Below, piece after piece: positions 55,067 to 64,000 of a stretch of DNA of 64,000 nt (positions are counted from its first letter, which is position 1; each line of letters starts with the position of its first letter). Under the pieces are notes generated by a model. It was given only the letters and a program-made list of their open reading frames with translations, made no database searches and had not been told where the DNA came from. The position numbers and the translations under genes were made by a program. The DNA lies in the NCBI GenBank assembly GCA_973851085.1, contig OZ316775.1, positions 12,462,001-12,526,000 on the forward strand. The letters are read 5' to 3'. The stretch comes from Ptychomitrium polyphyllum. Taxonomy: Eukaryota.

Positions 55067-56329
55067 AAGGCGGCAGTATGTGCTGACAAGCACGCAAGTG
55101 ATGTCAATGAGATTGTTGATGATTCTTATACTTGTTACAGCCAGGAGGCTACAACTCAATGTTGGGTCTGAAGTCAAACAGCAATATTGATCAATTGCAT
55201 GATTGTCTTACCTAAATTCCACGTCTCAGCTTGACACACAGAAATGTAATCACATCAAACAGCAAGTACGAATGACGTATAACAGACCCAACTTACACAA
55301 AGGACAATTTACAAAGATCCGAAGAGCAGCAACCACGACCAGATTGTCGGTGGAGCAGCAATGACTCACGTCGCCGCCCCACTACCAAGTTCCTCACGTG
55401 AAAGAGCAAGCCCATCAATCTCTTCATCTTGATCAATCCCGTGCCTGGCGGTTCCGCAACAGGTAGAAAGCATCCGAGCTAACGATCCTGCATCCCATGA
55501 AACAACTTGAACGACATCCCGACAACCATACCTCCCCCTAGAACAATACCTCTCCAATCCTACGCTACCTATCCACAACCTCCGATGCCAAAACCTTCAT
55601 CTTCTCACAAACCCATACATCATAACCAGTACATGGAACCGAAATAATCCACATCGCGAACCAAACCGCAATCCGTCACAAACCTACTCAGAAACCAGCA
55701 TCACCGGAATGACTCCAACGCCGCGCCGCTAGTCCAACTCCATAAAACTTCAACTGAGGTACAGTAAGTCAGAACTCTGAAACGTATTAACTGGGATAAG
55801 CTAAGCTTCAACACGTCGCGTGCGAACAGCCCGGAACGTCCATGTAAGCTGTGACGAAGTCGTCGTCTCCCATGAGTCAAAATTAGGTCAGAAAATCAAT
55901 AAGGAATCGGCAGACATGAGCTTAACTGCGTGCCATGCATGAGTTAGAATCGGTCGGCAAAGTAATTTGTTTGCATGGTGATGGTGATGCTGGATCTGGA
56001 AGCCTCCCAGGTGGACTGTCTGCTGTCTAAAGTGGGATTCGTTGCAGTGTGGCTATGGCCATCGAAACCGCCATCGCCTTCGAGGCTTCGCTGCAAGTCC
56101 TCACTGCCTTGGCTTTGCAGATATTCGCAGTGTTGGTGTTCGCACTTTACTACGGTTAACACTGTGTTACGCTGTTCTGGTTACCTGCACTGCACTTGGT
56201 ATTTAGTGTCACCAATTGTAAATGCAAATAGCTGCGATGGTGTGTCCGTCACTAGATGTTGCCAAGGTTTCGAATGGATCATGGTCATCAAAGCACATTG
56301 AAATGATGTATGAATAGATAGTGGAGTTC

Positions 56330-56720
56330 TTTGCAAACTGAAATTTCTTTCTCACCCAAAGATTTATGCATGATCTTACTTTGTTCTTTGATGTGTTCAT
56401 AGTTGAAGGACTTGATTCACTGAGGGCTCTATATCTTGCTGAATGGCAATCGGGTGACTTCGATGATGAAGTATTGACGTTCATCGGAATCCAAGCTTTG
56501 AGTACCCCAGGTTGAGATAGAAGGAATCAAGAGTGTTGTAATGATAAAAAGAGTTAACCTTGATGCTCTTCAAAACCGTAAAGTCTAGTACCGTGCCATT
56601 ACTCTGCTACCCAATATGAGTTCTTTTCTTCAGTGCTGAACTGTTCAACTTTCATTCTACATGCACCACTTGGTCAACTTTCTCGGATACTGAAGCGGTT
56701 TAACGTTGATTGCAGATAAA
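56330..56720 (+). pseudogene. Possible decayed leucine-rich-repeat (NLR-type) gene fragment
   Basis: Stop- and frameshift-ridden translations LKFLSHPKIYA*, IVEGLDSLRALYL and VEIEGIKSVVMIKRVNLDALQNRKV*YRAITLLPNMSSF show LxxLxLxx periodicity. Confidence 0.35.
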
Positions 56721-59109
56721 GGCATGAAATCCTCTTAAGCAAGAATGTTTCACCTACTTGATTGATGACATGCATTAGTATAAGAACGGGGAATGAAAAG
56801 TAGCTAGCACGGATTGGAGCAAATAACTGTCATATGGACAGGTTTGCACTACTACGATGTCACTTTTTAAGTAGTTTATGAAGACGATGACTGCCATATG
56901 ACCACTAAACATCATTTTCAATGAAATATACGGTATGGCTCACTGCTTTCATTGTGATGGGCAGGTATTCATGTACGTCGCTCCTCTTCGTGGAGGGCAA
57001 GTATGAAGATCCATTTCCAACAACAGATGAAGCACTGGACAGAGTTAGAGCTTAACAGGTCTCACTGAACGTTTGGTCTCACTGAGTCATCATTGATTCA
57101 TAAACTGTACCGTGGGGATGGAACAGAACAGTACATCGACGAGGGAGACCGGGCTTTCCTGCTGTTCTATCAGAAGTTAGTGCAGCCAGGCCAACTTTTG
57201 TGCGACCAGGGGCGTGGGGGTTTGTAACAACAAGATCCTGTTCCTAAGCACCCCTCAGTGGTCCAGAGTACGTTTACGTCCACCAGCACCCTTTGCAATG
57301 TACCATCGCCCACTTGGCCTATGTTGCAATCTGTAATAAGCTTTGTTTGTTTCAAAAGTAAGATAGACGTACCGTGAACCAAACAAACCAGCTCTTGTGC
57401 ATCTGAAAAGTTGAAAATGGAAACTTTCAAACTTCTAATATACCTGCAATAAAACATGAAATATCTTCGTTTTTAAAACCAAAAACTACTAACACCGGAT
57501 TTGAAATTTATGAATTTGCTAGATTAAAAAAGCACTGCAATTATGTTTCATAAGTGGCATTGATTACAACATGAATAAACTCATAACTAGTATTAGATTG
57601 ACTTTTTGATAAGGTGTCATATGAAAATTGAAGTCACTACTTTTAAAACAATTGAGGATTGATTCATGAAACACCTATGCTTTGGTTTAATGACAACATC
57701 ATTCTCAAGTATTTCTACTTTAATATTCTAACAAATTCATTGCTAAACCTTGCCACCTTTTGGAAGTTGGAATAAACAATAATGAATCAAATATCAAGGA
57801 TAGAAGGTGCTTGTATACCTACAATATTCATGGTTTTTATTTGTGCTTTTTATGTGTTGCCATATGTTGTCCTATATAATTTTCAAATAGACAACTTTCA
57901 AATTGTTACAACATTACTGCTTTATATCATACAACAAATTTGTAGAATAAAAAATTAAGCATTTATTCTTATGTGAAATATTTGAGATAAACCAAAAACT
58001 TACAATTTGAACATTACAAGGTATCTTTCAAAGACCTCACGAATTGCTTTTTCCTAAAAATATAATTCCATCTCTGAAGGAATAATATCATGAATTAAAA
58101 AAAAAAAAAAATTGAATTTGGGATCATCCATGATTCTAGTTCATCTATTTTGACTTCTACATCCGTTTGTTTGATTCCATATACATTGAACCTATATTAC
58201 TTACTCAAAATGTATACACAAAATTATTGATAAGCATCATAGACCTACTTCACGCACCGCTTACAACAAATGAGAGTCTAAAAAAGAATGTAGTCATTAA
58301 TTAATTTTCTTAGAAAGATTAATTTGAGTGTGAGATATACAACCATGTACAATTTGTGTATTTGAAGATACTTTAAGTATAAATAAATATGTGGCATAAA
58401 ATATCAATATACATGCAAGTATAGAAGAACCTACATGGTAAAAATTGACCACACATTATGACACTGGATTTATGTGATATTTAAAAGAAAATCCAAACTT
58501 TCCGCTCCAAAACCTTGTACCCAAAATCCATCCCATTACATCACGGATGTAGAACCATAAGCATTTCTCATCAATTTTGCAACCTGGTCACCGTGGCTCC
58601 AAAGTAAGTGGTGAAAAGGGCAGCGAGGGGGCTGAGACGACGAGCCGGACTCATGCACCCTTTAACTGCAGTGCCGCCATCAGCCCTGCCCATGGCCCCC
58701 CCAAGTGCCCCGCCCGTTGAATCCCACCGTCACGAGCACGTGAGACTGATACCTATCCGATACCCTCTAAACCCATCCGATCCCCGGGTGCTACCCCTTC
58801 GTTACGACTTGAAACCCTCCCTATACCCCGTGGAACTGTGTACATAACCTGGTGGTACTCGGACGATATATATGTGAAATGTTGCGCGACCCCGATGACA
58901 CCTTTTTTCTACCCTCGCGAAATCATCCGATACCCATGCTTGAGCACTTCCATGTCCAGATGGTACGCGTGCCATTCCCATGTGATACCAGGCGGGCTCT
59001 CGGGCTCTTCGCCGTTAGTGCGCATACATGTCTTTGGAGCGGATTCGTCAATCGCATGGCTTGTGTCGCATATATCAGTGTTGCCAGAGCCTGGATTCCT
59101 CCAGATCTT

Positions 59110-59178
59110 CATGCTCGTCATGCTGCAACGAGATTCATCCTCACGCTCGTCATGTTGCAACGAGATTCATCCTCATGC
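59110..59178. repeat. 32-bp tandem duplication upstream of MTP gene
   Basis: CATGCTCGTCATGCTGCAACGAGATTCATCCT and CACGCTCGTCATGTTGCAACGAGATTCATCCT (2 mismatches). Confidence 0.9.
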
Positions 59179-59875
59179 ACTTGTCCTGCAGGGCAACTTG
59201 TCCGTGCATCAGCTTGGATATAGGTTACACTCAGTTAAACTGTCGTTGTAGGAATCATTGGAGGGCCGCGGGAGGGGTTGGGCTTATGGAGGTATGTTGG
59301 TCTGGTTCGTTCACGTTCACTTCTAAGGTTTCTTATGACAGGAATGAGTTTTGGTGATGCTTGCAATTAGGATACTCGGATGTGGTAGGAAGTTGGCTCA
59401 TGTAGGAGTTCATAGGAAGTGTAGTTTTTGAGTGAGATGGCGGTCGAAGCTTAGAGACGGTTGTTGAATGGATTTACAATTCTGGGTTGAGTGGGGTGGG
59501 AGGTGAGGGTGAGAAGTAATTTGTTCGGTGATTCCTTCTTCTTGGTGAGAGGTTTTGGAAAATCTGAAGTTCTAGCACCTTTTTCCAGAGTTTGGGGTTT
59601 AGTTGACGGAGTTTGGTTTGTCAGAGCGGTTTATTTTGTTCTGGCAAGGTGGTCTTTGTTCTATTGAGTAGGATTGTACCTGTTCAAGTTCTTGGTAATG
59701 TCGGAAATGGGATCCGACAGCAAGGGTTGTCAGTTTGGGGTAAGAGTGAATTCATTACTGTGGAGACTCTGATAGCTGGTTTGCTGGAAAGTCTGATATG
59801 CAGAGGTGTAAGCTTTGAAACCGTGAAGGAGAGCGCAGTGTGGGAGCTGGGGTCTTTTGAGAAAAGGGTAGCAGG

Positions 59876-61511
59876 ATGGCTTCGATGGGTGACAGGAACG
59901 GGCACTCGCATGCGAAGCCGCTAGAGGAGGACAAGGACTTGGAAACGGTGCGTATCGATGTTGGGGACTTAGGTATTGTAGAGCAAGGTGATGCGGCGAG
60001 GATGAAATGTGCTGCCACGAGATGTGGATTGGAAAGCGCGGGGAGCATGGAGACGGATGAAGTTGAGAGGCGTGACTCGTCTCGGAAATTGAGTAGGGCC
60101 GTGATGATGTGCCTTTTCTTTATGGCAGTTGAAGTGGCAGGGGGCCTGTATGCGAATAGTCTGGCAATACTTACTGATGCGGCGCACTTGCTCACTGACG
60201 TGGCGGGCTTTGCGCTTTCGTTGTTTGCAATTTGGGCGTCGGGATGGGGAGCAACACCGTTGCAGACTTTTGGTTATTCTCGGTTGGAGGTCTTGGGTGC
60301 ACTTGGATCGATGTTGTTTATTTGGTTGCTTACTGGAATCTTGGTCTACGAAGCAATCAAAAGACTTGTGACTGAAGTTGCGCCCATCGACGGCCGCCTC
60401 ATGTTCTGCATCGCAACTGTCGGTCTTCTTGTGAACCTTGCTATGATGTACATGCTCGGGCATGAAGGTCACGGCCACGGCCATGACGACGACCATAGTG
60501 GTCATGGACACAGTCACGGCAGCGAAAGTCAGCATGCGCACGGCGATGATCAAGCTGAATCTGGTGAGTGCATTGTTTAGTGTGTACGGTTTCAATTTTA
60601 CTGTTGGTCTCTCTAGTGCAATATGGTGTTGTTTGACTTGTACTTTCATTTGTTCACGTTCAAAGCAGTGCTAAGTGCTGTGTATGTTGATCTTCGGGAG
60701 AAGGGTGATGAGTTCTGTAGTGTAGTTTTGTCTACCACTGTTGTGTACCTTCGTCTTTTATATATTTTGTGAACCTGTGTGTACTTGAGAACAATTTAAA
60801 CTCGTTAGGCGTATCAATTTTAGTCTTGTGATTGTGTTCTGTTGAAGGTTTGTTTGTCGCTGATGTAAGCTTTTCTGTTCTCTCTGTGCAGGGCACCATC
60901 AGAACCACGAGCATGATGACCATGTGACGGAAGACCATGATCACAGTCACCACAAACACGGACATAGTCACAGTCATAGGGCTGCTGGTTCAGCTTTAGA
61001 CGAACCGTTGCTGAATAAGTCACAGAGTGCGAGGTCATCTCGGGATTTATCAAAATCGAAGCCAGGGCGCAACATCAACGTGCAGGGAGCTTATTTACAC
61101 GTTTTTGGGGACCTTATCCAGAGCGTGGGAGTGATGGTTGGAGGCGCTGCTATCTGGTTTCAGCCAAGTTGGAAATTTATCGATCCAATCTGCACTCTAC
61201 TTTTTTCTGTGCTCGTCTTGTTTACGACGCTCTCCATGATTCGCAACATCGTGGAGGTTCTGATGGAGAGCACTCCAAGGGAGATTAATGCACAGGCCGT
61301 TGAAAGGGGTCTTTTAAGCGTTCCTGGAGTAGTCGAAATCCACGACCTTCACATCTGGGCAATTACTGTAGGAAAGACTCTTCTTTCTTGCCACGTTCGA
61401 GTTCAACCACACGTGAATACGGACGATGCATTGGAGGCAATCACCAATTATTGTGAAAGCAAATTCAAAATCAACCATGTAACGATTCAAGTGGAGACGG
61501 ACTCCTCCTAA
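59876..61511 (+). CDS. MTP1: Metal tolerance protein, Zn-CDF (MTP1/MTP3 group); 2 coding exons
   Basis: Exons 59876-60563 and 60892-61511. Motifs: [24 protein letters not shown] (HxxxD), [12 protein letters not shown], His-rich loop, [22 protein letters not shown] (HxxxD), [28 protein letters not shown]. Confidence 0.96.
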
Positions 61512-63501
61512 AGCATGCGGCTTATTGCAAGTGCTAGTTCACCTTTTTGGTTATTACACCACGTTTTGTGATCATTACACCATGATAATTCATTGATGTG
61601 TATGAAGCGAAGCATAGGACATTGTACCGCTTGACATATTTAATATTTTGAGATTGAAGTTGAATTCGATGTAGGACAGATCCAAATATTGTACCATGAT
61701 TATAGACTTTTTGCAAGAACGTCAAGTTCGAAGTTGTTTATCAATCGCTCTTGTATTCCATTAGATATAGCGTATCTAATGGAATATTTGGTTGAACCAG
61801 CGTTCTACATGTCAGTTATTTTCACACCTTCTGTTTTGTCAAAGTTCAGTCTAGGTGGTTCATAATTCCGCATGTATCAGCGTCACCTTTTTGGCATCCG
61901 TATCTGTTGATGGTCCACGGTATATATCATTTGACTGGAATGCAACTTTCTGTATCGATGAGAGTGGCCCAACGTTTCAATTGACAGGTTTGAAGTTTTA
62001 ATTTGGTGAATTCTGGTGGTTTTGTCCTCGGCGAACACTGAAAACGTAATACAGTGGGTAGTGATCCAGCTTTGGGATACAGTACTGGCAGAGACTGTAG
62101 ACGGGACCACTCTATACCCGGGATATTTTAGATACTCCGGGGTCACTTCCGCGTAAAATCATCAGACTACGTTTTATGCATTGGGATACACTGGCAGTAT
62201 CTTTTTGTACAAATTTCTGCCTGCACAGATTCTAAGCTACTTTTATCACATTTTGATTTATGGCTTCTTGTATAGATGTTCACGCTGGGCCTGAGGTTAT
62301 AACTTTCCACATTTCATTAAGAAGGTTTCAGAGAAGACCTGGGTTTGAAGTCTTTAGCGACGAGTGACAAGAACATTAGGTTACAACCTAGGCTTTTTGC
62401 CTAACTTCCAAAATTGTTGTAACTTTCCCACATTCTGTTCTTGCAGTCTAATTTAATACTTGCTAGCCTCGTATTACAGTGACTTCTTTAGGATCAGTAT
62501 ATGTTGATTGTTCTCGATAGCCTTGGATTGTCTGGAACGGAACCAATTTAATTCTCAGAAGTGGCTCAACTTCCCTTTGACTGGTTTGAAAATGAGATTT
62601 AATCGCTACAATAATGTTTCGAAGTTTTGGTCCTCTCAAGTGAGATAGATTGTACAGTAGTGTAGGAGTTACTGTAGCTTAAAGTTACAGCAATCAAGGG
62701 CTCAAGGCCGCTGACTCGGTTGTAAATTTTTGTACAGGCATGTTTGTTGATACACGTAGACCGAAGTAATCACAAATACTATCTGAAATTGGACGTAGAC
62801 CAATACTAAGGCATTTGCTTCTTTGGTGGAAGGAACGTACTATTACATTCGGATAGCTATAAATTTGTGATGACTTGTGATAACTTCAGCGGGCCATAAT
62901 TTTTGGGGCGAAAAGCTCTAGGAGGGACCAAGAAAAGCCCAGAGGCTGGCTCATTTAAGAAGCGAACAACCTTTGTTGGCTCTCCCACAGAATTAGTCTT
63001 CCTACAGAAGGAGACCGTGAACTTTAAATCTTTCATAAAATTTGCTTGAGAATTCAATTGCAGAATACAAATACTTATTTATTTCTCAACCTTATTGAAA
63101 GCCTACCCTTATGCAGCGTAAGAATATGGGACAGATTCAATAATGATTATTAGGTTTTCAGATACACACTTAAAACACTCCCAAGAATTGAGAGCGTTAC
63201 ATTAAAGAGGTCCATACTTTCCCTCATACTCCAGAACTAGCTCAGAAACAAGCAAAGACGCTTCCACGGCCATAGCCAAGAACACAAACAATCGTGCAAG
63301 CTGGCAAGCATGCTGACAACATATTGTAATAATTTGAAAATTTATAGAGCACCACTTTATTCTTTCTCCACAGTAAAAGCTCTAGCATGAGCCGACATCG
63401 TGGAGTTTACTATATGAATTCGCAATATAGACAATGGTAATGAAGTTAGTCGTTGTGTAGAAATCTCAATGAAGGAATGCCGATGCCGATGAGGGTGGCC
63501 A

Positions 63502-63872
63502 CTAAGCTGGCCGTAATAACATCTGAAACTCGGGTAGGCTAATTCGTTCATCTCCTTCTGTATCAGCCTCTTCTAATATCGTCTCCATTGATCCCTTGAT
63601 TCCTGTTGCCTGCAGATTCAGCAGGCATTATGAGGGAAAATGAACACGTAAAATATTGAGAAATCAAAATTACATATACAAATGCCTGTATACTTACGAA
63701 TTGCAGCTCATCGGCAGTGATGTAACCGTCACAATCGACACAAAACATGGAAAAGGCGGCTTTGCTTCGGTGTTGCCATTCTACAATATCCATCTCCACG
63801 AATTTGGCAGACATGAAAAGCTGCTGGAACAATCACATGGAAGTCTAACACCCCACGCTTACTGATGTCCAT
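63502..63872 (-). pseudogene. Degenerate 3' part of a group IV calcium-dependent protein kinase (CPK16/18/28-like EF-hand domain)
   Basis: 63872-63698 reads MDISKRGVLDFHVIVPAAFHVCQI [+1 frameshift] VEMDIVEWQHRSKAAFSMFCVDCDGYITADELQF. 63609-63502 reads ATGIKGSMETILEEADTEGDERISLPEFQMLLRPA*. This parallels the CPK28-type MDSNTDGLVDFHEFVAAALHVHQL...WQLRSRAAF...DGYITPEELR...GSIDPLLDEAD...ISLHEFRRLLR. The upstream acceptor reads AC rather than AG. Confidence 0.72.
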
Positions 63873-64000
63873 GTGTCAATCAGAGTGTCGATCAGGTCAC
63901 AACGAGTACAAACTGAGCTCTTTGTAAACTCGAAAGCCTAGCCGCTTCTCGACAAACAAACCATGAGCTTGTGAACAACAATCCTTTCTGCACTGTATGT

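Noticed and set aside
59969..60649. 226-aa minus-strand ORF
   Set aside because: Antisense shadow of MTP exon 1.

Overview
Eukaryotic, intron-rich plant nuclear DNA, most likely a moss (inferred from gene content, intron style, AT-rich intergenic tracts and an apparent miR902 site). Ten apparently intact protein-coding units were reconstructed by hand. They are an SPPL intramembrane protease (+), a group III(a+c)-like bHLH with a C-terminal ACT-like domain (-), RPL35/uL29 (-), a TMEM104-like transporter (-), a small LYR-motif protein (+), ASNSD1 (+), an R2R3-MYB (-), an OEP40-like plastid outer-envelope pore (-), a ZDHHC16-like S-acyltransferase (-) and an MTP1-type Zn-CDF transporter (+). 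A frameshifted CPK16/18/28-like 3' fragment lies at the right end. The most striking structure is an apparently bicistronic LYR-ASNSD1 unit: the 92-aa LYR ORF appears to be spliced to the ASNSD1 start exon with only ~63 nt between them. This parallels, with an unrelated protein, the human ASDURF-ASNSD1 arrangement. Other points of note are a miR902-like site and uORFs in the bHLH leader, one clear and one possible U12 intron, two GC-AG introns, a perfect mirror-telomere (GGGATTT)n array, a dispersed AT-rich repeat, perfect hairpins and a decayed LRR remnant. Family assignments come from recalled motifs and were not checked by database search.
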